Source: Escherichia coli (GTDB lineage: Bacteria > Pseudomonadota > Gammaproteobacteria > Enterobacterales > Enterobacteriaceae). From it: DNA of 64,000 bases. Below are positions 22,591 to 35,758 of the stretch, one piece after another. The position numbers and the translations under genes were made by a program. The DNA lies in assembly GCF_050920415.1 (NCBI RefSeq), contig NZ_CP169309.1. One strand, written 5' to 3'. Each line of letters begins with the position of its first letter. Positions within the stretch are counted from its first letter, which is position 1. The notes beneath the pieces were generated by a model. It was not told the DNA's origin. It worked only from the letters and a program-made list of their open reading frames with translations, and made no database searches.

Positions 22591-22674
22591 GTGATTGATA
22601 AAGCAATCATCGTTCTTGGGGCGTTAATTGCGCTGCTGGAACTGATCCGCTTCCTGCTTCAGCTTCTGAACTGA
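22591..22674 (+). CDS. dinQ: DinQ, 27-aa damage-inducible membrane toxin peptide (type I toxin)
   Basis: GTG-initiated ORF encoding MIDKAIIVLGALIALLELIRFLLQLLN; LexA box upstream; agr antisense repeats adjacent. Confidence 0.75.
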   Translation: MIDKAIIVLGALIALLELIRFLLQLLN

Positions 22675-22727
22675 TAGCGGAAACGTAACTAAGGGCAAAG
22701 AGCACACCACTCTTTGCCCTTTAACAT

Positions 22728-24080
22728 TTAACGCATGGTAACGAACTCTTCTGCCGCCGTTGGGTGAATGGCGACGGTATTGTCGAAGTCTTTTTTGGTT
22801 GCGCCCATCTTCAGCGCCACTGCGAAGCCCTGCAACATTTCATCCATACCAAAGCCAATGCCATGAATACCGACAATCTTCTCTTCCGGTCCAACGCACA
22901 CCAGCTTCATGCGGCACGGCTGGCGGTGAGTGGTGACGGCGGTATACATCGCGGTGAAAGAGGATTTATACACTTTCACCTGATCGTCGCCGTATTGCTC
23001 GCGCGCCTGCGGTTCCGTTAAACCAACAGTCCCAATCGGCGGATGGCTGAAGACCACGGTCGGAATATTGCTGTAATCCAGATGCTCATCCGGCTTGTTA
23101 TTAAACAGGCGTTCAGAGAGGCGGCGGCCTGCTGCAACTGCCACCGGTGTCAGTTCCACTGCGCCCGTGTTATCGCCCACCGCGTAAATACCTTCAACGC
23201 TGGTATTTTGATATTTATCGACGACGATATAGCCTTTTTCGTTGGTTTTTACGCCAGCGGCTTCGAGGTTAATGTTGTCATTGGCAGGCTCGCGACCAAT
23301 CGCCCAAATCAGGCAATCCACCGTTTCACTGCGACCATCTTCCAGCTCCAGCGTCAGGCTGCCATCGGCATTTTTCACTACCGCTTTCGGGATGGCGTTG
23401 GTGTGCAACTGCGGACCTTCGGCGTTCATCACTTCGACCAGCGTTTCAGAGATCATCGGGTCGAAGCTGCGCAGCGGCGCATGTTTACGAACAAACAGAT
23501 GCGTTTTCGCGCCGAGGCCGTTAATCACGCCCGCCAGTTCAACGGCGATGTAACCCGCGCCAACAACCGCTACACGCTCTGGCAAAGCAGGAAGGGCGAA
23601 GAAGCCATCGGAATCAATACCGTATTCCACGCCCGGAATATCCGGGTGGCTCGGGCGACCGCCGGTGGCGATCAGGATATGATCGGCCGTGATGGTTTCG
23701 CCGTTTACTTCAATTGTTTTGGCATCAACGAAGCGGGCAAAGCCTTTGATTACATCAACGTTATTTTTACCGAGCACGTTTTCATAGGAGGTATGAATAC
23801 GGTCGATATAGGCGGTACGGCTGGCGATCAACGTTTCCCAGTTGAACTTATTGATGGTGGTATCGAAACCATAATCCGGGCCGTACATGTGGATCGCTTC
23901 ACGGATTTGCGCCGCGTGCCACATCACTTTTTTCGGCACGCAGCCAACATTCACGCAGGTGCCGCCCAGTTCTTTGGCTTCAATCAGCGCGCATTTCTGA
24001 CCGTACATAGCCGCGCGGTTGATGGAGGCGATACCGCCGCTGCCGCCGCCGATGGCGATGTAATCATAGTGTTTAGTCAT
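22728..24080 (-). CDS. gor: Glutathione reductase, 450 aa
   Basis: ORF track 450 aa; FAD motif GGGSGG and redox-active CVNVGC. Confidence 0.96.
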   Translation of the reverse strand: MTKHYDYIAIGGGSGGIASINRAAMYGQKCALIEAKELGGTCVNVGCVPKKVMWHAAQIREAIHMYGPDYGFDTTINKFNWETLIASRTAYIDRIHTSYENVLGKNNVDVIKGFARFVDAKTIEVNGETITADHILIATGGRPSHPDIPGVEYGIDSDGFFALPALPERVAVVGAGYIAVELAGVINGLGAKTHLFVRKHAPLRSFDPMISETLVEVMNAEGPQLHTNAIPKAVVKNADGSLTLELEDGRSETVDCLIWAIGREPANDNINLEAAGVKTNEKGYIVVDKYQNTSVEGIYAVGDNTGAVELTPVAVAAGRRLSERLFNNKPDEHLDYSNIPTVVFSHPPIGTVGLTEPQAREQYGDDQVKVYKSSFTAMYTAVTTHRQPCRMKLVCVGPEEKIVGIHGIGFGMDEMLQGFAVALKMGATKKDFDNTVAIHPTAAEEFVTMR

Positions 24081-24151
24081 GACATATTGTCCTTATCGTT
24101 GATTACCGCGATTGTAGCGCGAGACGTAATAGGTGCCAGCGATGGCTGCAA

Positions 24152-24994
24152 TTACTCTGGCACGATCCAGCTTACGGTGGCATGCCCGGTGCCAGCCGGA
24201 ACCAGTTTGCTGTGCAACCACGGCAACACGTTATTCATCTGCTGTTCCAGTTTCCACGGCGGGTTAATCACAATCATGCCGGAAGCGGTCATGCCACGGC
24301 GATCGCTGTCTGGCAGTACCGCCAGTTCAATTTGCATAATCTTGCGAATACCGGTCGCTTCCAGCTCGTGGATCATGCGCTTGATTTGCTGACGCAGCAC
24401 CACTGGATACCACAGCGCGTAGACGCCTGTGGCAAAACGTTTATATCCCTCGTTAATGCCGCTGACCACCGCCTGATAGTCGGTTTTCATTTCATACGGC
24501 GGGTCGATAAGGATTAAACCACGGCGAGAAACCGGCGGCAGCTTGGCTTTAAGCTGCTGGAAACCGTCGGCTTTTTCCACACGCGCACGGCTGTCTTTCT
24601 GAAATTCAGCACGCAGCAACGGGTAATCGCTCGGGTGCAGCTCGGTCAGTTGCAGACTGTCCTGCTCGCGCAGTAGCTGGCGAGCAATCAACGGCGAACC
24701 TGGGTAGTAACGTAACTGCCCGCTACGGTTAAAATGTTCCACCACGCTGATGTACGGTTCCAGCTCCGCAGGCAGATCGTCCTGCTGCCAGATACGGGCG
24801 ATACCTTCGAGATATTCGCCGGTACGCTCGGCATGTTCACTGCCTAACTGATAACGCCCCGCACCCGCGTGGGTATCCAGATAGAGAAACGGTTTATCTT
24901 TCTCTTTCAGTGACTCGATGATCAGGCTCTGAACGGTATGTTTAAGGACGTCGGCGTGGTTGCCAGCGTGAAAGCTGTGGCGATAACTGAGCAT
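24152..24994 (-). CDS. rlmJ: 23S rRNA m6A2030 methyltransferase RlmJ (YhiR), 280 aa
   Basis: Recognised from MLSYRHSFHAGNHADVLKH...; track ORF extends 17 codons upstream. Confidence 0.9.
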   Translation of the reverse strand: MLSYRHSFHAGNHADVLKHTVQSLIIESLKEKDKPFLYLDTHAGAGRYQLGSEHAERTGEYLEGIARIWQQDDLPAELEPYISVVEHFNRSGQLRYYPGSPLIARQLLREQDSLQLTELHPSDYPLLRAEFQKDSRARVEKADGFQQLKAKLPPVSRRGLILIDPPYEMKTDYQAVVSGINEGYKRFATGVYALWYPVVLRQQIKRMIHELEATGIRKIMQIELAVLPDSDRRGMTASGMIVINPPWKLEQQMNNVLPWLHSKLVPAGTGHATVSWIVPE

Positions 24995-25196
24995 GGGTAA
25001 AGGTGTTCCGGTAAGTAAAAATCGGCCCGTATTCGGGGCGCACAAAAGCCTATCAGGACAGTATACCGAAAAGAGGCCGTCGCCGCGAAAGCGTAACGTT
25101 TCTCATTGAAATTCACTACACTTAACCCCATGCTACACACATTATGTAAAGCGCCTGTTGAGCGCTTCCTTAACCTCTTTAACCAGGACTGCGCTA

Positions 25197-27239
25197 ATGA
25201 CGAATCCGTTACTGACTCCCTTTGAATTGCCTCCGTTTTCTAAAATTCTCCCGGAACATGTCGTTCCAGCCGTGACGAAGGCATTGAATGACTGCCGCGA
25301 AAATGTGGAGCGCGTAGTAGCGCAAGGGGCACCGTACACCTGGGAAAATCTCTGCCAGCCGCTGGCGGAAGTAGACGATGTGCTGGGGCGTATCTTCTCC
25401 CCGGTCAGCCACCTGAACTCGGTGAAAAATAGCCCGGAACTGCGTGAAGCCTACGAACAAACCCTGCCACTGCTGTCGGAATATAGCACCTGGGTAGGGC
25501 AACATGAGGGGCTGTATAAAGCGTACCGCGACCTGCGCGATGGTGATCATTACGCCACGCTGAATACGGCGCAGAAGAAAGCGGTTGATAACGCCCTGCG
25601 TGATTTTGAACTCTCTGGCATCGGTCTGCCGAAAGAGAAACAGCAACGCTACGGCGAAATTGCTACCCGTCTTTCCGAGCTGGGCAACCAGTACAGCAAC
25701 AACGTCCTTGATGCGACGATGGGCTGGACCAAACTCGTTACCGACGAAGCGGAACTGGCGGGTATGCCAGAAAGCGCGCTGGCGGCGGCAAAAGCCCAGG
25801 CCGAAGCGAAAGAACTGGAGGGCTACTTGCTGACGCTGGATATCCCAAGCTATTTGCCGGTAATGACCTACTGCGACAACCAGGCCTTGCGTGAAGAGAT
25901 GTATCGCGCTTACAGCACTCGCGCTTCCGATCAAGGCCCGAACGCCGGTAAGTGGGATAACAGCAAGGTGATGGAAGAGATCCTCGCGCTGCGTCACGAA
26001 CTGGCGCAACTGCTGGGCTTTGAAAACTACGCCTTTAAATCCCTTGCCACTAAAATGGCAGAAAACCCGCAGCAGGTGCTTGATTTCTTAACCGATCTGG
26101 CAAAACGCGCCCGTCCGCAGGGTGAAAAAGAGCTGGCACAGCTGCGCACCTTCGCCAAAGCCGAATTTGGCGTCAATGAGTTGCAGCCGTGGGATATCGC
26201 TTACTACAGCGAAAAACAAAAACAGCACCTCTACAGCATCAGCGACGAACAGCTGCGTCCGTACTTCCCGGAAAACAAAGCGGTTAACGGCTTGTTTGAA
26301 GTGGTGAAACGTATTTACGGCATCACCGCCAAAGAGCGCAAAGATGTTGATGTCTGGCATCCGGATGTCCGTTTCTTCGAACTGTATGACGAGAACAACG
26401 AACTGCGCGGCAGCTTCTACCTCGACCTGTATGCCCGTGAAAACAAGCGTGGCGGGGCGTGGATGGATGACTGCGTAGGCCAGATGCGTAAAGCCGACGG
26501 TTCGCTGCAAAAACCGGTCGCGTACCTGACATGTAACTTCAACCGCCCGGTGAATGGTAAACCAGCGCTGTTTACCCATGACGAAGTAATCACGCTGTTC
26601 CACGAGTTCGGTCATGGTCTGCATCATATGCTGACCCGCATTGAAACCGCCGGTGTATCCGGGATCAGCGGGGTACCGTGGGATGCGGTCGAACTGCCGA
26701 GCCAGTTTATGGAAAACTGGTGCTGGGAGCCGGAGGCGCTGGCGTTTATCTCCGGTCACTATGAGACTGGCGAACCGCTGCCGAAAGAACTGTTGGATAA
26801 AATGCTGGCGGCGAAGAACTACCAGGCGGCGCTGTTTATTCTGCGTCAGCTGGAGTTCGGCCTGTTCGATTTCCGTCTACATGCAGAATTCCGTCCGGAT
26901 CAGGGGGCGAAAATCCTCGAAACTCTGGCAGAAATCAAGAAACTGGTTGCCGTGGTACCGTCTCCGTCCTGGGGCCGCTTCCCACATGCATTTAGCCACA
27001 TCTTTGCTGGTGGTTATGCGGCAGGTTACTACAGCTACCTGTGGGCCGATGTGCTGGCGGCAGATGCCTTCTCGCGTTTTGAGGAAGAGGGCATTTTCAA
27101 CCGTGAAACCGGACAGTCGTTCCTCGACAACATTCTGAGCCGTGGTGGTTCAGAAGAGCCGATGGATCTGTTCAAACGCTTCCGTGGTCGTGAACCACAA
27201 CTGGATGCGATGCTGGAGCACTACGGCATTAAGGGCTGA
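25197..27239 (+). CDS. prlC: Oligopeptidase A, 680 aa
   Basis: Recognised from [18 protein letters not shown]3 zinc motif HEFGH; track ORF begins 13 codons upstream. Confidence 0.94.
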   Translation: MTNPLLTPFELPPFSKILPEHVVPAVTKALNDCRENVERVVAQGAPYTWENLCQPLAEVDDVLGRIFSPVSHLNSVKNSPELREAYEQTLPLLSEYSTWVGQHEGLYKAYRDLRDGDHYATLNTAQKKAVDNALRDFELSGIGLPKEKQQRYGEIATRLSELGNQYSNNVLDATMGWTKLVTDEAELAGMPESALAAAKAQAEAKELEGYLLTLDIPSYLPVMTYCDNQALREEMYRAYSTRASDQGPNAGKWDNSKVMEEILALRHELAQLLGFENYAFKSLATKMAENPQQVLDFLTDLAKRARPQGEKELAQLRTFAKAEFGVNELQPWDIAYYSEKQKQHLYSISDEQLRPYFPENKAVNGLFEVVKRIYGITAKERKDVDVWHPDVRFFELYDENNELRGSFYLDLYARENKRGGAWMDDCVGQMRKADGSLQKPVAYLTCNFNRPVNGKPALFTHDEVITLFHEFGHGLHHMLTRIETAGVSGISGVPWDAVELPSQFMENWCWEPEALAFISGHYETGEPLPKELLDKMLAAKNYQAALFILRQLEFGLFDFRLHAEFRPDQGAKILETLAEIKKLVAVVPSPSWGRFPHAFSHIFAGGYAAGYYSYLWADVLAADAFSRFEEEGIFNRETGQSFLDNILSRGGSEEPMDLFKRFRGREPQLDAMLEHYGIKG

Positions 27240-27246
27240 TCATTCA

Positions 27247-27999
27247 GTGAAAATCTGCTTAATTGATGAAACAGGCACCGGAGACGGTGCCTTATCTGTT
27301 CTGGCGGCTCGCTGGGGGCTGGAACATGATGAAGACAACCTGATGGCGCTGGTGTTAACACCGGAGCATCTGGAACTGCGCAAGCGTGATGAGCCAAAAC
27401 TTGGCGGCATCTTTGTTGATTTTGTTGGCGGAACGATGGCGCACCGTCGCAAATTTGGCGGTGGACGCGGTGAGGCGGTGGCGAAAGCGGTGGGCATTAA
27501 AGGCGATTATTTGCCGGACGTAGTAGACGCTACCGCAGGACTGGGGCGCGATGCCTTTGTGCTGGCTTCGGTCGGCTGTCGTGTGCGGATGCTGGAGCGT
27601 AATCCAGTCGTTGCCGCGCTGCTCGACGACGGCCTGGCGCGTGGTTATGCGGATGCGGAAATCGGCGGCTGGTTGCAGGAGCGTTTGCAATTAATTCACG
27701 CCTCCAGCCTGACGGCGCTGACTGATATTACCCCACGCCCGCAGGTGGTCTATCTCGACCCGATGTTCCCGCATAAGCAGAAAAGCGCGCTGGTGAAAAA
27801 AGAGATGCGCGTGTTCCAGTCGCTGGTGGGGCCGGATCTCGACGCTGATGGATTGCTGGAGCCTGCACGCTTGCTGGCGACCAAACGCGTGGTGGTAAAG
27901 CGCCCGGACTACGCGCCGCCGCTGGCGAATGTCGCCACGCCAAACGCGGTTGTCACCAAAGGGCATCGCTTTGATATTTATGCAGGTACGCCGGTGTGA
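27247..27999 (+). CDS. rsmJ: 16S rRNA m2G1516 methyltransferase RsmJ (YhiQ), 250 aa, GTG start
   Basis: Recognised from (M)[26 protein letters not shown] at 27247 directly after prlC stop. Confidence 0.88.
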   Translation: MKICLIDETGTGDGALSVLAARWGLEHDEDNLMALVLTPEHLELRKRDEPKLGGIFVDFVGGTMAHRRKFGGGRGEAVAKAVGIKGDYLPDVVDATAGLGRDAFVLASVGCRVRMLERNPVVAALLDDGLARGYADAEIGGWLQERLQLIHASSLTALTDITPRPQVVYLDPMFPHKQKSALVKKEMRVFQSLVGPDLDADGLLEPARLLATKRVVVKRPDYAPPLANVATPNAVVTKGHRFDIYAGTPV

Positions 28000-28047
28000 A
28001 AGTAAAGCAGGGTAGTGTTATTGCTACCCTGTGTTCTGCAAGAATAA

Positions 28048-29517
28048 TTAATGGCTTTCCGGCGTCTCAATCATGCGTTTCAGCCACGGCACCATCAACA
28101 GCATCACTACTGCAACGCCTAGCGTGACCAGACCAATCTTACCAAACACGTTGGTATAGACAGGCAACGTCTCAAGCGGATCGGTAATGTTGTCTGGTAC
28201 TGCGGTAAATGTTGCCACATAGCCGCCCAGCAAGAACGCGGCAGCTTGCGTCAGGAACCACATCCCGAGAATAAAGCCCATCAAATGCTGCGGCACCAGG
28301 GCAGCAATCATCGCCAGGCCAAGGGCACTAATAAACAGTTCACCTAAACTCTGGAATAAGTAAACCAGCACGATAAACCATGGCGATGTCAGCCCTTGTG
28401 CATCAGCAAACCACATTCCCGCAGCGGCGGCTGTAAGAAAGCCCAGCGAGCACATAAACATGCCGAGAGTAAATTTCATCGGCATCGAGAGGTCTTTGCC
28501 TTTGTTACCCAGATGCGTGTAAATGCCTGCCAGTATTGGGCTGGCGAGTACCACCCAGAACGGGTTAAGCGCCTGGAAGCTGACCGGGTTGATGGAAAAG
28601 CCGAGAATTTCATGATGCACGTTGTTGATGGCAAAGAAGTTCAGCGACGTTGGCATCTGGGCGTAGAGAATGTAAAACACCACCGCTTCGAGCATCAGAA
28701 CAAAGGCGACAAACATTTTATTACGCCCGGTTTTATCCAGCTTGAATGCCTGACGAAAGAAGATGATGGTGACGACGATGGAGAGAACAATCAGCACCAG
28801 ATTGGCGACTTCTACGTTGTGCATCAGCCATGCACAGACGAAGATCATCACCACGCTGCCAAGTAACACGTACAACAGTTTGCTGAAGCTCATCGGGCGG
28901 AAGTCGGGTTCAGAACCAATGTCTTTCACCATTCCACGACAGGCGATGTAAACCAGTAGCGCGATAATTAACCCCGCACCGCACAGGTTGTAGGTGACTG
29001 AATAGCCGAATCTATCAGCGATCACAGGGGCCAACGATAACGCTATCAACGAGCCGATATTGATCGACATATAGAACAGGGTGAATGCGCCATCAAGCCG
29101 CGGATCTTTCGGTGGATAGCACTTCGAAAGCAAGCTGGCAGGGTTAGCTTTAAACAGGCCGTTACCGACAGCGATAGTCCCCAGGGCGATGAAAATCAGG
29201 TCAGGCTTAAGTAGCGACATGCCGGTCATGAAGTAGCCAATCGCCAGCACAAGTGCTCCGAGAACAATGGTGCGTTTGGTCCCCAGCAGGTGGTCGCCGA
29301 CATAGCCGCCAATGGAAATGAGGCCATAGACCAGCGCAGCAAACGCACCAAAAGTGACAAAAGCCTGCTCTTGCGAGAATCCAAGCTGTTTAACGAAGAA
29401 AACCGCCAGTACGCCCTGCACGCCGTAGTAGCCGAATCGCTCCCATAACTCGACAAAAAAGATCATGAAAAATGGGCGAGGTTGCTGCAGCATCCCCATG
29501 GGTGTTGTTGTATTCAT
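28048..29517 (-). CDS. dtpB: Proton-dependent di/tripeptide permease DtpB (YhiP), 489 aa
   Basis: ORF track 489 aa; POT-family sequence. Confidence 0.95.
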   Translation of the reverse strand: MNTTTPMGMLQQPRPFFMIFFVELWERFGYYGVQGVLAVFFVKQLGFSQEQAFVTFGAFAALVYGLISIGGYVGDHLLGTKRTIVLGALVLAIGYFMTGMSLLKPDLIFIALGTIAVGNGLFKANPASLLSKCYPPKDPRLDGAFTLFYMSINIGSLIALSLAPVIADRFGYSVTYNLCGAGLIIALLVYIACRGMVKDIGSEPDFRPMSFSKLLYVLLGSVVMIFVCAWLMHNVEVANLVLIVLSIVVTIIFFRQAFKLDKTGRNKMFVAFVLMLEAVVFYILYAQMPTSLNFFAINNVHHEILGFSINPVSFQALNPFWVVLASPILAGIYTHLGNKGKDLSMPMKFTLGMFMCSLGFLTAAAAGMWFADAQGLTSPWFIVLVYLFQSLGELFISALGLAMIAALVPQHLMGFILGMWFLTQAAAFLLGGYVATFTAVPDNITDPLETLPVYTNVFGKIGLVTLGVAVVMLLMVPWLKRMIETPESH

Positions 29518-29732
29518 ATTTATTAACCTTCCAATACCATCCTGAAAAGTATGAACGCGTAAGGGATAACGCGCGAAAAAGTTTACATCTGTCAGAGATT
29601 CTTAATATTGATGCGGTGAATAGATTAATACACTATTACAACAGAAAATAACCAGCTGATCACACTAATGATGGAAAATATGATGGTGTTAAATGTTGTA
29701 TTGGCTGGGGATTTTGATTGCGTACGCAGATC

Positions 29733-29765
29733 GTAGGCCAGATAAGGCGTATACGCTGCATCAGG
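29733..29765. repeat. REP-like extragenic palindrome
   Basis: gtaggccagataaggcgtatacgctgcatcagg resembles REP consensus. Confidence 0.5.
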
Positions 29766-29778
29766 TAACAAGGCGCGC

Positions 29779-29810
29779 CAAAAAGCAAAACGCCCGCATA
29801 TGCGGGCGTT
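29779..29810 (-). terminator. Rho-independent terminator of uspA
   Basis: Hairpin aacgcccgcatatgcgggcgtt followed by T-run on minus strand. Confidence 0.7.
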
Positions 29811-29834
29811 CAGGCACACGTCGTGGAGGGAAGA

Positions 29835-30269
29835 TTATTCTTCTTCGTCGCGCAGCGGAACAATCAGCATATCAACGTGAACGGTGTTGATCAGCTGACG
29901 TGCGGAAGACATCAGTTTGCTCCAGAAGTCCTGGTGGTGACCACAAACCACCAGATCCATATCGTATTTCTTGATTGCATCGACCAGAACCTGGCCCAGA
30001 TCGCCGCTGCCGCTCAGGGTTTCAGTGATTGGGTAGCCTGCATTAGTGGAAAGCTCGGTCAGCGCATGATGTGTCTCTTCAGAGATGCGTTTCTGCATAT
30101 CACCCAGATTCACATCAATAAGCCCGGTGTATAGGTCAGAGTAGTTTACATCTACGTGGATCAGAGAAACTTTCGCATTGTAGGGGCGAGCCATAGAGAC
30201 TGCTTTCTCTACCAGAACTTTGCTTTCCGGGGAGAGATCGACCGCGATGAGAATGTGTTTATAAGCCAT
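29835..30269 (-). CDS. uspA: Universal stress protein A, 144 aa
   Basis: ORF track 144 aa; recognised. Confidence 0.96.
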
Positions 30270-30659
30270 AGTGTTACTCCTTCCATAAAGTTGTCGATGA
30301 CTGGCCAGCTAGCGTTTCTTGTGCCGTTACGTCACCCGCGTCCTGCGAACTACGTGCGCGGGGCTAACCCAGCCGTAAAGATTCAGTGTTAAGACCATCC
30401 TTACCTTATAGCGACCCGGATGATCCGTCAATCCGCCTTGCTTACCCGTTAGATAAACAAATTTTCGGCATGAATATATTGATAGTGGTTAACCTTCTGG
30501 AAAAAAAACAACCTGATCTCCTACACTATCTATAGAGCCGCTCGGATGTTGGTCACCACAAAAGCGGTTTCTCCAGGACCTGGTGTTAACTGATTGGCAG
30601 CGTATCGGGAGCGGTAGCCCCGGGGTGGAACTCCGCGGGCAGGTCGCCGGGGAGGAGGT

Positions 30660-30995
30660 ATGATAAGCACCGTCGCATTATTTTGGGCTTTATGTGTCGT
30701 TTGCATTGTTAACATGGCGCGCTATTTCTCATCACTACGCGCGTTGTTAGTGGTACTGCGTAACTGCGATCCATTGCTCTATCAATATGTTGATGGAGGG
30801 GGCTTTTTTACCTCACATGGCCAACCCAACAAACAGGTGCGTCTCGTTTGGTATATCTATGCCCAACGTTATCGCGATCATCACGATGATGAGTTTATTC
30901 GCCGCTGTGAGCGGGTGCGTCGGCAGTTTATTCTGACCAGCGCATTGTGTGGTCTGGTGGTGGTCAGCCTGATTGCATTGATGATTTGGCATTAA
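30660..30995 (+). CDS. uspB: Universal stress protein B, 111 aa
   Basis: ORF track 111 aa; recognised. Confidence 0.95.
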
Positions 30996-31073
30996 GCACT
31001 TCAGCAAAAATAACGCATAAAAAAAGCGGGCCAGCAAACTGACCCGCTCGAGACTGATTACAAACGCAAAATT

Positions 31074-32321
<1,248 letters not shown>

Positions 32322-32351
32322 CATGCCTGCAATCTGGGAAACCAGGGTAGA

Positions 32352-32382
<31 letters not shown>

Positions 32383-32416
32383 TAATCTCTGCAATCTATT
32401 GAATTTGCATGTTTTT

Positions 32417-32451
32417 GTAGGCCGGATAAGGCGTTCACGCCGCATCCGGCA
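32417..32451. repeat. REP element, inverted orientation, on the other side of the IS
   Basis: gtaggccggataaggcgttcacgccgcatccggca matches REP consensus. Confidence 0.7.
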
Positions 32452-32518
32452 TGAACAAAGCGCACTATGTCAACAATCTGAAGCGGGCCAGCTGACCCGC
32501 TCGTTTTTGTGTGTGCGA

Positions 32519-34018
32519 TTACAGGAACTGCAAGGAGAGCCAGTACAGCCCGCCGGAAAGCAGTACCGCAGCCGGAAGGGTAAACACCCAGGCCATCAGA
32601 ATGCTGGTCACGGTTTTACGCTGTAAGCCGCCGCCATCTACCACCATCGTCCCCGCGACAGAAGAGGAGAGTACGTGGGTAGTGGAAACCGGCATCCCGG
32701 TATAACTCGCCAGGCCGATAGACACTGCCGCAGTCATCTGGGCAGACATCCCCTGAGCGTAGGTCATGCCTTTCTTACCGATTTTCTCACCGATAGTCGT
32801 TGCCACACGACGCCAGCCAATCATCGTACCGATACCTAACGCCAGCGCGACCGCCATGATGATCCACACCGGCGCATACTCGATGGTGCTAAGCATGTCG
32901 GACTTCAGTTTCTTCAACAGGCGCTGATCGTCAGCACTCACGCCTGGCATCTTCACCACTTTGTCGATAGTGTCAGAAACGCACAGCATAATGCGGCGCA
33001 TCTGGCTACGTTGATCAAGCGACAGCTTGTCGTAGCTTTCCACATCAGTAGTCAACATGCCTTTCAGGCGGTTGAGCGCGTTAATGGTATTCGACGGATG
33101 GCAATGGAACTCCGCAGGTTGCGTTGCGCCAGCTTCCGGAGCCGGTACTAACTGATCAGCACCGGTAGCCTGTTTCAGCAGCGCAGGGTGCTGCTCAAAG
33201 TAAGCTTCCACGTTGTTGATGGCATCACGGGTACGGGTGATTTCGTAGCCAGTGGCATTCATATTCACCACGAAGCCTGCTGGCGCGACGCCAATCAATA
33301 CCAACATAACCAGACCAATGCCTTTCTGACCATCGTTCGCGCCGTGCGAAAACGCCACGCCGATAGCGGAAAGGATCAGCGCAATACGCGTCCAGAACGG
33401 CGGCTTTTTCTTGCCGTCTTTCTTTTCACGCTCCGCTGGGGTCAGGTGGATACGGGCGCGTTTCTTGGTGCCGCTCCAGTAGCGGCGCAGCAAGAAAATC
33501 AGACCGCCAGCAAACACCAGGCCGACAATAGGGGAAACGATCAGAGAACCGAAAATACTTAATACTTTCGGGATATTGAGTGCATCCACCACTGACGTCC
33601 CGGTCATCAACGCATTGGTTAAACCAATCCCGATGATCGCGCCAATCAGCGTATGAGAGCTGGATGCAGGTAAACCAAAGTACCAGGTACCCAGGTTCCA
33701 GATAATCGCCGCTAATAACATAGAGAACACCATGGCAAGGCCATGAGACGATCCCATATTAAGCAGCAGATCCGTCGGCAGCATATGCACAATGGCATAG
33801 GCAACACTCAGACCACCCAGCAAAACACCCAAAAAGTTGAACACCGCCGCCATAACCACGGCGAGCTGAGAACGCATCGCGCGGGTATAGATAACGGTTG
33901 CCACGGCGTTGGCTGTGTCATGGAAACCATTGATGGCTTCGTAGAACAGCACAAAAGCCAGTGCAAGCAATAATAACAGCCCGGTATGCAAATCCAGGCC
34001 AGCAAACAAATGTAGCAT
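32519..34018 (-). CDS. pitA: Low-affinity inorganic phosphate transporter PitA, 499 aa
   Basis: ORF track 499 aa; recognised. Confidence 0.95.
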
Positions 34019-34249
34019 AGGACGTTACGCCATTTTGAGGACATGAACGCGGCGCATTATCAGTGACTTTCGCGGCGCGGGCAAAGTGAAATATAGACTT
34101 TTTTTGATTTGCCTCCTGTATGGATTTCACTCAAAAAATAATTATCTTATATAATTCAGGCAAATACTTCCTTTTAGTAATATTGATGCTGGTGCGACCA
34201 CTGAGGAATCTTTACAATTCACGCCCGTTTTTTCTTAGAGGAGCGCAAC

Positions 34250-35452
34250 GTGGAAAGGTTTGATGCCATTATTATAGGCGCTGGTGCGGCGGGTATGTTC
34301 TGTTCTGCGCTGGCAGGTCAGGCAGGACGCCGGGTTCTGCTGATCGATAATGGTAAAAAACCAGGGCGCAAAATCCTCATGTCTGGCGGTGGGCGCTGCA
34401 ACTTTACCAACCTTTATGTCGAACCGGGCGCTTATCTGAGCCAGAATCCGCATTTTTGTAAGTCTGCACTCGCGCGTTTTACCCAGTGGGATTTCATTGA
34501 TCTGGTCAATAAACACGGCATTGCCTGGCACGAGAAAACGTTAGGGCAACTCTTCTGTGATGACTCCGCGCAGCAGATTGTCGACATGCTGGTGGCTGAG
34601 TGCGAGAAGGGCAATGTGACCTTCAGATTGCGAAGCGAAGTGCTGAGTGTGGCGAAGGATGAAACAGGCTTCACGCTTGAACTGAATGGCATGACCGTCG
34701 GTAGCGAAAAAATGGTCATCGCGACCGGTGGGCTGTCAATGCCGGGGCTGGGGGCATCGCCGTTTGGTTATAAGATTGCCGAACAATTTGGCCTCAACGT
34801 GCTGCCGACCCGCGCGGGTCTGGTGCCATTCACTTTGCATAAACCGTTGCTCGAGGAGTTACAGGTGCTGGCGGGTGTGGCGGTACCTTCCGTGATTACA
34901 GCTGAAAACGGCACCGTTTTCCGTGAGAACTTACTCTTCACCCATCGCGGCTTGTCTGGACCGGCAGTGTTGCAGATTTCCAGCTACTGGCAACCGGGTG
35001 AATTTGTCAGCATTAATCTGCTACCGGATGTGGACCTCGAAACCTTCCTGAATGAACAGCGTAACGCACATCCGAATCAAAGCCTGAAAAACACACTGGC
35101 GGTTCATCTACCGAAGCGGTTGGTTGAACGCTTACAACAACTCGGGCAAATCCCGGATGTCTCGCTAAAACAGCTCAACGTACGTGACCAACAGGCACTG
35201 ATTAGCACATTGACCGACTGGCGTGTGCAGCCGAACGGCACTGAAGGCTATCGCACTGCCGAAGTGACGCTCGGCGGCGTGGATACCAACGAACTCTCTT
35301 CACGGACGATGGAAGCGCGTAAAGTGCCTGGGCTGTACTTCATCGGTGAAGTGATGGACGTCACTGGTTGGCTGGGAGGCTATAACTTCCAGTGGGCGTG
35401 GTCGAGTGCGTGGGCTTGTGCGCAGGATTTGATTGCAGCGAAGTCGTCCTGA
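34250..35452 (+). CDS. yhiN: FAD-dependent flavoprotein YhiN, 400 aa
   Basis: ORF track 400 aa; N-terminal Rossmann motif IIGAGAAG. Confidence 0.92.
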   Translation: MERFDAIIIGAGAAGMFCSALAGQAGRRVLLIDNGKKPGRKILMSGGGRCNFTNLYVEPGAYLSQNPHFCKSALARFTQWDFIDLVNKHGIAWHEKTLGQLFCDDSAQQIVDMLVAECEKGNVTFRLRSEVLSVAKDETGFTLELNGMTVGSEKMVIATGGLSMPGLGASPFGYKIAEQFGLNVLPTRAGLVPFTLHKPLLEELQVLAGVAVPSVITAENGTVFRENLLFTHRGLSGPAVLQISSYWQPGEFVSINLLPDVDLETFLNEQRNAHPNQSLKNTLAVHLPKRLVERLQQLGQIPDVSLKQLNVRDQQALISTLTDWRVQPNGTEGYRTAEVTLGGVDTNELSSRTMEARKVPGLYFIGEVMDVTGWLGGYNFQWAWSSAWACAQDLIAAKSS

Positions 35453-35758
35453 CCTATTACCTAAAGATGAAAATTATTAGAGCCGCATTAAAAATGAGCT
35501 AATTTTGATAGTGGCTATCTTGTGATTATTTTCTAATAAGCCCGTGAACTGAAACCCTCCATGCTTAAAATAAGGTGGGGGAATGGTGATTAAAAATCGA
35601 CCGAAGTCCAGATCTTTATAAAATATGAACAGGTTGAAAAAAGACAGTAACTTTACTGTTTTTTATACTTAACCATCAATGTTAAGTTATTTCATGATAC
35701 CTAAGAAAAACCAGCGTTACGCAATTGGTCGACGCTGGTTTTATCCGGTACGTTGCAA

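Noticed and set aside
23043-24392. 449-aa ORF on + strand
   Set aside because: Entirely antisense to gor and rlmJ, with Arg/Ala/Gly-rich composition typical of antisense frames in GC-rich coding sequence; no RBS
25209-26759. 266-aa and 223-aa ORFs on - strand
   Set aside because: Antisense within prlC; spurious
31019-31054. Near-identical hairpins (gcgggccag..ctgacccgctcg) at 31026-31050 and 32483-32503 flanking the IS/REP region, considered as a possible target-site duplication
   Set aside because: IS110-type recombination duplicates only the 2-bp core; these lie about 50-100 bp from the element ends, one preceded by an A-run and the other followed by a T-run, consistent with native convergent terminators of pitA and uspB
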